Assembly (NCBI GenBank): GCA_041859205.1
Contig: JBHEKU010000166.1
Span: 373-64,372 of the forward strand
Source of the DNA: Ignavibacteria bacterium
GTDB lineage: Bacteria; Bacteroidota; Ignavibacteria; Tepidaquicellales; Tepidaquicellaceae
Length of the DNA: 64,000 nt
Reading direction: 5' to 3'
The position numbers and the translations under genes are program-made. The notes under the pieces are model-generated. The model worked only from the letters and a program-made list of their open reading frames with translations. It did no database searches and was not told where the DNA came from. This document shows, piece after piece, positions 1-7,617 of this stretch; position 1 is the first letter of the stretch; the number at the start of each line of letters is the position of its first letter.

Positions 1-372
1 AATGCTCAAGGTTTATTTCTGAAAGTAACCAAAAAATCATTAAGACTTTTTCATGTTGATAATACTTTAATCGCGGAGTGGGATTCAAAAATTTTATTGG
101 ACTGTTTTTCGTCAAAATTAACGTCCACAATACTTGTATTAGCTGAGACTAAGTTGGATGAAGGAAAGGAAATGTTTCATTATCAAGATGCTTATTTATT
201 AGAAAATCCCAGCGAAATAGGAATTTTAAAATTAATTGCAAAAGATTATGTTGTAGTAGATTTGAGAATGCATTTAAATCCATCGGGAAGTGTAAGAAAT
301 AGAGGAACAGCGTTTAGAATCGATGAAAGAAATTTAGACCAATGTTTCTCCACAAGAATTAAAATTTTATGA
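1..372 (+). CDS. putative type II restriction endonuclease, C-terminal part (5-prime end lies outside the window)
   Basis: Frame 1 is open from base 1 (NAQGLFLKVTKK...) to the TGA at 370-372. The stop overlaps the ATG of the downstream methyltransferase (ATGA at 369-372), a typical R-M operon layout. GC is very low. No catalytic motif was recognised by eye. Confidence 0.45.
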   Translation, partial: NAQGLFLKVTKKSLRLFHVDNTLIAEWDSKILLDCFSSKLTSTILVLAETKLDEGKEMFHYQDAYLLENPSEIGILKLIAKDYVVVDLRMHLNPSGSVRNRGTAFRIDERNLDQCFSTRIKIL

Positions 373-1613
373 AAAAATATATCGATTCAAGTTGGGATTT
401 TAAAACTGAGAATACAAAAAAAATGACTCATTGTTTTCATGGTTATCCAGCTATGATGATCCCTCAAGTTGCAGAAAGATTAATACAAAAACTCGGAAAA
501 CCATCAGATGTGTTATTTGATCCTTATTGTGGTTCAGGTACATCATTGGTTGAGGCAAATCTTATAGGCTTAAAAGGCATTGCGACAGATTTAAATCCTT
601 TAGCTACATTAATTTCGAAAGCCAAGACTACATTGATAGAACTTCAAATTTTAGATTTTTATATTAAAGATTTTATTGATAAAATTTTTGGATATCGTGT
701 ATGTGATGTAGAAGATGTTGATGAACTTCCAAATTTTCCTAATATAGACTTTTGGTTTACTCCAAAAGTCAAAAGAGAATTATTTATAATTAAAAAATAT
801 ATACAAGCAATTGAAAATCATAATGTAGCAAATTTTTTTAAAGTGGCTTTTAGTGAAACTATAAGGGAGTCTTCATTAACTAAAAATAGTGAATTCAAGC
901 TTGTCAAAATGAAAGATGCTCAATTAGCAAAGTTTGACCCTGATGTATTTGGAATGTTTGAAAGAAAATTGTATAGAAATAGAAATGGGTTAAAAGATTA
1001 TATGAATAAGGTTAAAGTTCAAATAAAAAATGAAGTTTGTAATTTTAATTCTTCAGAATTTATTCCTGAAAATGTTATATGTGATCAAAGTATTGGTTTA
1101 ATTGTGACTTCTCCACCTTATGGAGATAGTAAAACTACAGTTGCTTATGGACAGTTTTCTCGCTTGTCTAATCAATGGTTGGATATAGAGGATGCAAATC
1201 AAGTTGATAATAATTTAATGGGAGGTAAAAAAGCTCTCAAACTTAAAAAATTTGATATAAAAGAATTGGATGAAACAATTGAAAAGATTGGAAATATAGA
1301 TGAAAAAAGAGTTTTAGAAGTCATTAGTTTTTATGAGGATTATGGAAATTCCATACGTAACGTTTCGAAGGTCATAAAAAAAGGTGGCCGTATTGCATAT
1401 GTTGTCGGTAATAGAAGGGTTAAAGATACTGAACTTCCAACAGATATTGCAACCGCTAAATTTTTTGAAAAATACAATATACGACACACTGAAACGATTA
1501 TTAGAGGTATTCCTAACAAAAAAATGCCTAAAGAAAATAGTCCATCTAATGTGATTGGTCAAAAAATTAATACTATGAATAATGAATACATTGTTATAAT
1601 GCAAAAAACATAA
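369..1613 (+). CDS. DNA methyltransferase (N4-cytosine or N6-adenine, SPPY type)
   Basis: The AdoMet motif I DPYCGSGTSLVEA sits near aa 51 and the catalytic motif IV TSPPYGD near aa 247. About 185 aa lie between them, giving an alpha-like order (motif I, TRD, motif IV). Confidence 0.85.
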   Translation: MKKYIDSSWDFKTENTKKMTHCFHGYPAMMIPQVAERLIQKLGKPSDVLFDPYCGSGTSLVEANLIGLKGIATDLNPLATLISKAKTTLIELQILDFYIKDFIDKIFGYRVCDVEDVDELPNFPNIDFWFTPKVKRELFIIKKYIQAIENHNVANFFKVAFSETIRESSLTKNSEFKLVKMKDAQLAKFDPDVFGMFERKLYRNRNGLKDYMNKVKVQIKNEVCNFNSSEFIPENVICDQSIGLIVTSPPYGDSKTTVAYGQFSRLSNQWLDIEDANQVDNNLMGGKKALKLKKFDIKELDETIEKIGNIDEKRVLEVISFYEDYGNSIRNVSKVIKKGGRIAYVVGNRRVKDTELPTDIATAKFFEKYNIRHTETIIRGIPNKKMPKENSPSNVIGQKINTMNNEYIVIMQKT

Positions 1614-1831
1614 CTTATCGTTCCTCTTCAATACTATTCGTACAATTGACTCCCTCCCGCCATGCTTGTCACACATCTAACATAAATTTCACATTTAAAA
1701 AAATTTAATCGCTGTTATCAGCTAATCATATAATAAGAATTCCTGTCAAGTAAAATAGTTTTTTTCTCCCTACTAATAGGGAAGATTTGATTGGAATAAA
1801 AAAAGAATCTTGGTAAATTTGAGTGGTTATT

Positions 1832-2604
1832 GTAGAGACGCAAAATTTTGCGTCTCTACGAATCGGATGGAAATAAAACCCGACTATTTTCCGACCAATT
1901 TAAAATATAAACCTGACAGGTTCGTAGATCCTGTCAGGTTGGCAAGACTCGCATGAATATTTCTGACCTAACAGGATTAAAAACCTGTCAGGTCAACATA
2001 AAAACCGACCAAAATCCGACTTTTTCAATTAACAATTAGTAGTTAACAATTAACAGAAATCCGACTTTTTTAAATATTGAATTTAGGTTTGTGTATTTAG
2101 TGAGGATTTTGTGTTTTCGTGTTTTTGTGGCTGAATAAAATCCGACCAAAACCCGACCAAATTAAAAAATGAAAATAATCGGTATTGAAAAAACAACAAC
2201 GATGAAAACAAAATCCGACCAAAACCCGACTTTTTTCAATTAACAATTAGCAATTAACAATTAACAGAAAACCCGACTTTTTCCCGCCCAAATTGAGATA
2301 TAAACCTGACAGGTTCGTAGATCCTGTCAGGTTGGCAAGACTCGTATGAATGTTTCTGACCTGACAGGATTAAAAACCTGTCAGGTCTATGATAAAATCC
2401 GACCAAAATCCGACTTTTTTCAATTAACAATTAGCAGTTAACAATTAACAGAAATCCGACTTTTTTATAATTCGTAACTCGTAATTTGAAACTCGTAATT
2501 GAAGTAAAAACCCGTCAAAAATTCATCACTGTTGAAAAAATCTGAAATCTGAAATTAAAAGAATCCGACTTTTTTTAATTACTCATTATTAATTACTAAT
2601 TATT
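1832..2604. repeat. gene-free composite repeat block (hairpins, phased CCGAC pairs, heptamer arrays; internal ~393-bp duplication)
   Basis: A 28-bp palindrome GTAGAGACGCAAAATTTTGCGTCTCTAC lies at 1832-1859. A 90-bp double-hairpin unit (CCTGACAGG/CCTGTCAGG) occurs at 1905-1994 and again at 2298-2387. A ~70-bp unit (CCGAC-N6-CCGAC plus CAATTAA heptamers plus CCGAC) occurs at 2001-2071, 2209-2283 and 2394-2466. No ORF of 60 aa or more is present. Confidence 0.9.
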
Positions 2605-2707
2605 AATTTGCGGCGCTTCGCGCTGCACTGCGTATTGTGTGGTATCTTCGGTTTAAAATGATTAATCTGTAGTACTCCCCCAGGTAATAACCTATAAAAC
2701 CAATAAT

Positions 2708-3049
2708 ATGCTCGCATCAGAAAACTCCAGGAAAAGCAAATCGGATAAAGAGGAACCTCGGAAAAACAAAAGCCCCTCGAATATTTTTTTGATAAATAAA
2801 GGTCTGAACCCAATGTTCGGTGTGCCGAGAGAAAAAGGTCTCAAGCATTCATCAAAGATTCCGGAAAAGAATCTGAACGAAGCGCAGAAAAAGATTGTTA
2901 AAGACGATATGAAAAAAAATATTACAGAAGAAGTAAAAGAAAAATCAAAGCAGAAGCGCAGCGTAAGAAGGACGGGTATGCTGAGAACGGGATTTAATTT
3001 TGTAAAGGATACGATGAAAGATAAAAAGGGAGGGAAGCGCAATGACTAA
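2708..3049 (+). CDS. small highly basic/charged low-complexity protein (array member 1)
   Basis: 113-aa ORF, K/E/N/S-rich. Its stop overlaps the start of the next ORF (3042). It is co-directional with 14 similar ORFs. Confidence 0.45.
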   Translation: MLASENSRKSKSDKEEPRKNKSPSNIFLINKGLNPMFGVPREKGLKHSSKIPEKNLNEAQKKIVKDDMKKNITEEVKEKSKQKRSVRRTGMLRTGFNFVKDTMKDKKGGKRND

Positions 3050-3347
3050 GACCAATGGTAAGCCAACGGATAAAACTGAAAAAAGTACAAAGCCTGAAAG
3101 CAAAAAAATAAACAACATTGTAACTGAGGAAAAATCGGAAAGGTATGTAATGCCTGAAGGAAAACTTCAGAAAGAGCTTCCGGCATCTCTGATACCGGGC
3201 CAGAAAGAATTTAACAGGAAGAGACAGGAAGATATAGAGAACCTGAAAAATGAAAATAAAAAAACAAGAGCAAGAGATAAAGCGCCAAGACCGGAGATAG
3301 TGAAAAATTCAATAAAGCTTGTGAAGAAGATTTTTAAGAAGAAGTGA
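3042..3347 (+). CDS. small charged low-complexity protein (array member 2)
   Basis: 101-aa ORF, K/E/T/P-rich. The C-terminal LVKKIFKKK resembles the C-terminus of member 3 (EKKIFNKE). Confidence 0.45.
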   Translation: MTKTNGKPTDKTEKSTKPESKKINNIVTEEKSERYVMPEGKLQKELPASLIPGQKEFNRKRQEDIENLKNENKKTRARDKAPRPEIVKNSIKLVKKIFKKK

Positions 3348-3410
3348 TATTGAGTATTGAGTATTGAGTATTGAGTATTGAGTATTGGGTATTGGGTATT
3401 GGGTATTGGG
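3348..3410 (+). repeat. heptanucleotide tandem array (TATTGAG)x5 (TATTGGG)x4
   Basis: Nine perfect 7-bp units read directly from the sequence, starting right after the stop of the 3042-3347 ORF. Confidence 0.95.
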
Positions 3411-3486
3411 TATATTGTTAAGAACAACATAAATGTAATTTTCATACCTGAGAAGACACTCGGCATAAAATAATTATACGATATAA

Positions 3487-3514
3487 ACTTTTAAAGACTC
3501 ACTACTCAAGACTC
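3487..3514 (-). repeat. heptamer-periodic repeat (ACTCACT ACTCAAG)x2, complement-orientation relative of the GAGTNNT family
   Basis: Two perfect 14-bp units. The reverse complement reads GAGTAGT/GAGTCTT, related to the plus-strand heptamers at 3348-3410 and 3939-3969. Confidence 0.85.
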
Positions 3515-3546
3515 ACTACTCAAGACAATCAAATAAAAAAAGAAAA

Positions 3547-3933
3547 ATGGCAAATGTACAGAACGAAGAACTAAGTAAGGCGAAGGCTGAAGATATAAGG
3601 AATAAGAATTTAAAACCCGTTAACCCGAATATTTCAAATCATCTGGGCAGCCAGAAGATATCGCGGGATGTATTTGGCGGATATAAAAGTCACAGAGATA
3701 ACATTGTGCCTTACGAAAGAAATTATCATCCGGAGAAAAAAACAGCTGTGGAAAATGTGAATACTGAAGATATAAATAAGGCAATAAAGGATGAAGTGAA
3801 GCGCAGCGGTGTGGATGAAGCGCTTGCAGGATATCCGCCGGAGATATCGAAGGATGCAAAACAAAGTCATGCTGAAGATTTAAAAGAAGAGCTTGCCGAG
3901 GAAAGAGAGAAGAAGATTTTTAATAAGGAGTAG
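3547..3933 (+). CDS. small charged low-complexity protein (array member 3)
   Basis: 128-aa ORF, E/K/N-rich, bracketed by heptamer repeat blocks of opposite orientation. Confidence 0.5.
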   Translation: MANVQNEELSKAKAEDIRNKNLKPVNPNISNHLGSQKISRDVFGGYKSHRDNIVPYERNYHPEKKTAVENVNTEDINKAIKDEVKRSGVDEALAGYPPEISKDAKQSHAEDLKEELAEEREKKIFNKE

Positions 3934-3938
3934 TATAT

Positions 3939-4023
3939 GAGTATTGAGTAGTGAGTAGTGAGTAATGAGAATTTTTTTAGTCGGAGTGTTAGTACACAAT
4001 ACGCAATACTCAAGGCACAATAC
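3939..4023. repeat. inverted pair of heptamer-periodic blocks (GAGTATT GAGTAGT GAGTAGT GAGTAAT / CACAATAC GCAATAC...)
   Basis: 3939-3969 is in plus orientation and 3995-4023 in complement orientation, separated by a 25-nt spacer. Together they form an imperfect long stem-loop. Confidence 0.75.
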
Positions 4024-4036
4024 AAACAGAAAAGAT

Positions 4037-4285
4037 ATGAAACAGGAAGAAAAAATAAATTACGGTAATGAAAGAATCGAAATAAAATTTACAGACAGGG
4101 CAGGAATGTTGAACACACCTGAAAATCCGGCTTCGCCTCCGGGTGAAGTTCCGGAAGTAACTCCGACAGAAATACCTGACCCTCAGCCGCCGAATGAGAT
4201 ACCGCTTGTAAATCCGGTAGAGGTTCCTGAAGTAAACCCTCCTTTAGAAATCCCTCAAAGAGACAACGGAGCGTTGAGATATTGA
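4037..4285 (+). CDS. small acidic proline-rich protein (array member 4)
   Basis: The ORF track starts at 3965, but that extension runs through the heptamer repeats, so I prefer the ATG at 4037 (MKQEEKINYGNERIEIKFTD). It has PE/VP repeats (EVPEVTPTEIPDPQPPNEIPLVNPVEVPEVNPPLEIP). Confidence 0.45.
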   Translation: MKQEEKINYGNERIEIKFTDRAGMLNTPENPASPPGEVPEVTPTEIPDPQPPNEIPLVNPVEVPEVNPPLEIPQRDNGALRY

Positions 4286-4373
4286 CGGTTGCAGAAATAC
4301 AAATGAACTTTTTTAATTGAATGGAGATTAAGTAGATTAACCCCGTAACAAAAAAACATAAAGGAAAAAAATT

Positions 4374-4634
4374 ATGAAGACCGAAGAAGAAAAAAACAGA
4401 CCTACGGAGCCGGGCAACGCAAGACTGGAAAAAACGTTTGATGATGATAAGAAGAGAAAAGAAAATGATGTGAGCAGTGAGAATGAAAATCCGGATGAGC
4501 AGTTCTCGGATGAAAATAATGAGAAGGGAGTTGCAAAGGATGTGAATAACAGGGAGAGAGACGCAGAGAAGATTCAGGAAGAGGAAGATACGAAGAATGA
4601 TGAACGTGAAATAGAACTGAATAAAAAATTATAA
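4374..4634 (+). CDS. small acidic low-complexity protein (array member 5)
   Basis: 86-aa ORF, E/D/N/K-rich, with AAAGGA upstream of the ATG. Confidence 0.45.
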   Translation: MKTEEEKNRPTEPGNARLEKTFDDDKKRKENDVSSENENPDEQFSDENNEKGVAKDVNNRERDAEKIQEEEDTKNDEREIELNKKL

Positions 4635-4656
4635 TTTTTTAAATAAAATAAAAATT

Positions 4657-4833
4657 ATGGAAGCTGAAAAAAAAGAAAAAATTGACAATGAGAAAATTGA
4701 AATTGGGTTTTCCGTTCCGGATACAGATACAAAAAAAGAAGCAGATGAAAAACGAATTGAGCTGATGGATGAGAAAATAGAAGAGGGGACACCGGAAAGA
4801 CCGACACAGGAAGACGGCGGTAAACCTGAGTAA
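4657..4833 (+). CDS. small acidic protein (array member 6, below the ORF-track length cutoff)
   Basis: Translated by hand as a 58-aa product: MEAEKKEKIDNEKIEIGFSVPDTD...GGKPE. It shares the NE[KR]IEIxF motif with member 4 and is followed by an intrinsic terminator. Confidence 0.4.
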   Translation: MEAEKKEKIDNEKIEIGFSVPDTDTKKEADEKRIELMDEKIEEGTPERPTQEDGGKPE

Positions 4834-4868
4834 GCAGTAAGCTGTAACCAATAGAGGAATCTAAAAAG

Positions 4869-4906
4869 ATAGCAGAGGCAAGTAATTTGTCTCTGCTATT
4901 TTTTTT
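4869..4906 (+). terminator. rho-independent terminator
   Basis: A 9-bp stem ATAGCAGAG/CTCTGCTAT is followed by T8. Confidence 0.75.
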
Positions 4907-4929
4907 GCCAAAACTTCGAAGTAAATCAA

Positions 4930-4959
4930 TTGACAGCCCTGTCGCATCTCCGTTCTAAT
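4930..4959 (+). promoter_or_regulatory. sigma70-like promoter candidate
   Basis: TTGACA (4930-4935), an 18-nt spacer, then TCTAAT (4954-4959), located between the terminator and the next small gene (5066). Confidence 0.4.
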
Positions 4960-5065
4960 AGTCATATCAAAGTTAATAAACATGCAAATCTGGACGAAAA
5001 ATGAGCTTTTTACGGGCACGTTCCTTGAGGGTAAGTAAGGTTAACTAAACGAAAGGAGAAGCAAA

Positions 5066-5284
5066 ATGTATAATCCACAAACGCCAAACCGACCTAAGAG
5101 TACTCAACAAAAACAGGAGCCAAATGCAAGAATTGCAAAGCAGCCATCGGGTCAAAGGGGTCCGAACAATAAGAATGTGCTAAACAGCGATGTAACTACG
5201 CAATATCAAAACGGCAAACAAAAAATGCCTCAAGACCAACGAAGTGAAATTTTAAGGGAAAACCATCAAAAGGCGATAAAATGA
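5066..5284 (+). CDS. small Q/N/P/K-rich low-complexity protein (array member 7)
   Basis: 72-aa ORF with an AAAGGAG Shine-Dalgarno about 8 nt upstream. Its stop overlaps the next start (ATGA at 5281). Confidence 0.5.
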   Translation: MYNPQTPNRPKSTQQKQEPNARIAKQPSGQRGPNNKNVLNSDVTTQYQNGKQKMPQDQRSEILRENHQKAIK

Positions 5285-5493
5285 AATTTATAGATTCTAA
5301 AGTACCTGTAAAACAGCAGCAGAGCGTAAAGGAAAGAGAACATAATGGCGCCAAAATGAGCGATGAAAAGGAGATAAATGATCAAATGAGGGCAGAATAC
5401 AGCGGCGAAGGTCAGGTAAAAAAAGCTGAAAAGCTGAACGAAAAAGAAAGAAATAGAACCGAGGCCAGTAAACTAAATGACGAAGAAGTTTAA
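5281..5493 (+). CDS. small charged low-complexity protein (array member 8)
   Basis: 70-aa ORF, translationally coupled to member 7. Confidence 0.45.
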   Translation: MKFIDSKVPVKQQQSVKEREHNGAKMSDEKEINDQMRAEYSGEGQVKKAEKLNEKERNRTEASKLNDEEV

Positions 5494-5510
5494 ATTATAA
5501 AGTATAAGAA

Positions 5511-5759
5511 ATGGAAAACCAGACAGAAGTAAGAAAAGCGGATGAAGTAAAGAAACATGAACGGCTAAAAGAAGAAAAGGATAATTCAAAAGATGAATTC
5601 GGCCATGCATCTGCAGAAGCTTATATGGATAAGAATAAACCTCAGAATTTAGAAGAGAAGGAAAAAAAGGAAGAGGTTATATGGCATGAAGAAAAGGAAG
5701 GCAATGATTCAGTTCAGGAATCGGATTCTTTATCTGATAAAGACAGCCGGGGAATTTAA
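5511..5759 (+). CDS. small acidic low-complexity protein (array member 9)
   Basis: 82-aa ORF, E/K/D-rich. Confidence 0.45.
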   Translation: MENQTEVRKADEVKKHERLKEEKDNSKDEFGHASAEAYMDKNKPQNLEEKEKKEEVIWHEEKEGNDSVQESDSLSDKDSRGI

Positions 5760-5778
5760 TAACTTATATCATTATAAA

Positions 5779-6129
5779 ATGGAAGACAAAGAGCCAGATA
5801 AAAGAGATGCATCAAATAATATCGTAAGCGCAGAAGCCGATATTTCAGATATTAATAAAGGAAGAAGAGAGAAGCCCTCTGGCGATATGGTAGATGAGCG
5901 GCTTCCGGAAAATAACAGAAATCATCAGTGGAAACAGAAGGATTCAGAGTTTATGCAGCAGGATGAAATATTAAATCAGGAAAGAGCTGCGAGTGATAAT
6001 CCCGGTAAGAACGGAAGAAATGCAGAAGGTGAATTTTCGGATAATTCAAAACAAGAGCCGACAGTACCGGATGATTTTTACGATAATCAAGAAGAGGAAT
6101 CAACTGAATCAAAAGAATTAAAGCTATAA
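5779..6129 (+). CDS. small acidic low-complexity protein (array member 10)
   Basis: I chose the internal ATG of the 5686-6129 ORF because the upstream part overlaps member 9. The product begins MEDKEPDKRD... Confidence 0.45.
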   Translation: MEDKEPDKRDASNNIVSAEADISDINKGRREKPSGDMVDERLPENNRNHQWKQKDSEFMQQDEILNQERAASDNPGKNGRNAEGEFSDNSKQEPTVPDDFYDNQEEESTESKELKL

Positions 6130-6249
6130 ATTAGAACTATAAAATGATCACTGAATCAATTGTGGCTACGGAGCCGGTGAGCCGCTAAAGGGAGTATTAC
6201 TATCCCGCCCCGCGGCGATATTTTTATTATTTAGATCACCTTGCCAGCT

Positions 6250-6441
6250 ATGAAAAATCAAATTTCTGACCTTCCTGAAAACGATACTGATACAAAAGAA
6301 ACCCCAAAATCCGAAAACAATAATACAGTACGTCAAATTTTAACCAAGCTTGATGCTAATGATGAAGCAGAGGATTATCTTACTTTGCAGTTTATACGTT
6401 TCAATAATACAATTAAAATTGCCACAATTGTCATTATTTGA
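6250..6441 (+). CDS. small acidic protein with a hydrophobic C-terminus (array member 11)
   Basis: The ATG at 6250 lies inside the TTG-started track ORF. The protein has an acidic N-terminal half and ends IKIATIVII. Confidence 0.3.
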   Translation: MKNQISDLPENDTDTKETPKSENNNTVRQILTKLDANDEAEDYLTLQFIRFNNTIKIATIVII

Positions 6442-6604
6442 ATAGGCATTGTCATATCAGTAAAATTACCCCTGAGAATCACATTTACAAATACTTTGTT
6501 TCTGAACCAAATTTAAAGTTCTTGACGTGATGAAGAATTTAATTAAACAGAATCAACGGTATACAGCTTGTAATTAAAGATTATAGATATTAACTACATA
6601 GATA

Positions 6605-6928
6605 ATGGAAGATAAAGAAAAACAATCGAACCCTGCTTTAACAAAAGGAAAAACACCTGAAAATCTTACAGCATCGCTTGATAAAGAACATAATAGCGCA
6701 GAACCGTTACACAGTTCACAGGCAAACAGAGATGAGGTAAAAGAATTGAACGGCGGAACACCGGAAGATACTCCCGAAAGCAATTCAAAAATCGAAAATT
6801 ATTTGGGAAGCGAAAAATTGGATGAAAAGCTATCGACTCAAACGGAAAAATATCAGGACGATATGAGACAATCTGAAACAGATAAAAACATAAATAATAA
6901 AGTTCCGGAAACTCCGGACGTTTTATAA
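6605..6928 (+). CDS. small acidic low-complexity protein (array member 12)
   Basis: 107-aa ORF, E/K/T/D/N-rich. Confidence 0.45.
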   Translation: MEDKEKQSNPALTKGKTPENLTASLDKEHNSAEPLHSSQANRDEVKELNGGTPEDTPESNSKIENYLGSEKLDEKLSTQTEKYQDDMRQSETDKNINNKVPETPDVL

Positions 6929-6975
6929 GAATACCCGAACAGAAAATACCATTACTGAGAACATAGATAAAAGCT

Positions 6976-7338
6976 GTGAAAGACGAAGAACTAAATAACA
7001 GAAGCCATACAGATCCGGAATGGAACTGGATTAAACAAAATGCAGATCACTACGGAGACAATGTCAGAAATTTAATGGGAAATGAAATAGTAAGAGTTAC
7101 TTTTTCAGATAAGTTGGAAGACTCAACAAAAATTCCCTCAAAAGAATCTATTCAGACAAATTATTATAAAGACCAGGTGAATAAACAAACGGCAAACAGA
7201 ACTGAGCAAAACAACGATAAAATTATAAATGATAAACCGGTAAGAGAAACTCCTCAGCAGGAAATAGAAATTCTGAGCCTGTTCAAAAACCGGAAAAAGG
7301 TGACGGGGGAGTGGAGAAGAAAGATAAGCCTGAGATAA
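6976..7338 (+). CDS. small charged protein (array member 13), possibly frameshifted near its 3-prime end
   Basis: GTG start. It contains NEIVRVTFSD, similar to the member 4 and 6 motif. From about 7263 an alternative frame reads a more family-like tail (SEPVQKPEKGDGGVEKKDKPEIRYDLE) ending at 7354. Confidence 0.4.
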   Translation: MKDEELNNRSHTDPEWNWIKQNADHYGDNVRNLMGNEIVRVTFSDKLEDSTKIPSKESIQTNYYKDQVNKQTANRTEQNNDKIINDKPVRETPQQEIEILSLFKNRKKVTGEWRRKISLR

Positions 7339-7383
7339 GATACGATTTAGAATAGATCAAAATCAAAATATAAAATATAACAA

Positions 7384-7530
7384 ATGAGCAACGATACAAA
7401 AATAAGTAAGAAAGAATTCGAGAATGAAAATGCTGAAGAAGCTTTAATAAAAAAAACACCTGTAGAAGGTGTAAATATGGATGAAGATAAAAAGGAAACA
7501 GGCGAAGATAAAGAAGATGAAGAGGACTAA
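7384..7530 (+). CDS. small acidic protein (array member 14, below the ORF-track cutoff)
   Basis: Translated by hand as a 48-aa product: MSNDTKISKKEFENENAEEALIKK...GEDKEDEED. Confidence 0.35.
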   Translation: MSNDTKISKKEFENENAEEALIKKTPVEGVNMDEDKKETGEDKEDEED

Positions 7531-7617
7531 GTAGAACGCAAAGATATATTTTATGAAGATAATTTATCGGATAAGAAAGGTAAGGGGTTCTTAATCGGTA
7601 ATCAAAAAAGGGAAAAA

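Noticed and set aside
1900-2470. Possible CRISPR array, because of the regularly recurring repeats
   Set aside because: The repeats are composite 70-90-bp units made of hairpins and heptamers. There are no unique 30-40-bp spacers, no constant 28-37-bp direct repeat, and no cas genes in the window.
1832-2604. Chromosomal or plasmid replication origin (iterons)
   Set aside because: I saw no DnaA-box (TTATCCACA-like) clusters and no dnaA, dnaN or rep gene nearby. The window carries ribosomal and ffh core genes, and the same phased motif recurs at 41.6-41.8 kb. The iteron idea is kept only as one option inside the finding.
3965-4036. N-terminal extension of the 3965-4285 ORF
   Set aside because: It reads through the heptamer repeat block (MRIFLVGVLVHNTQYSRHNTNRKD), which has a 7-bp period and is unlikely to be coding. 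The internal ATG at 4037 gives a family-like N-terminus.
5686-5778. N-terminal extension of the 5686-6129 ORF
   Set aside because: It overlaps the preceding small gene (5511-5759) in another frame. The internal ATG at 5779 follows that gene's stop.
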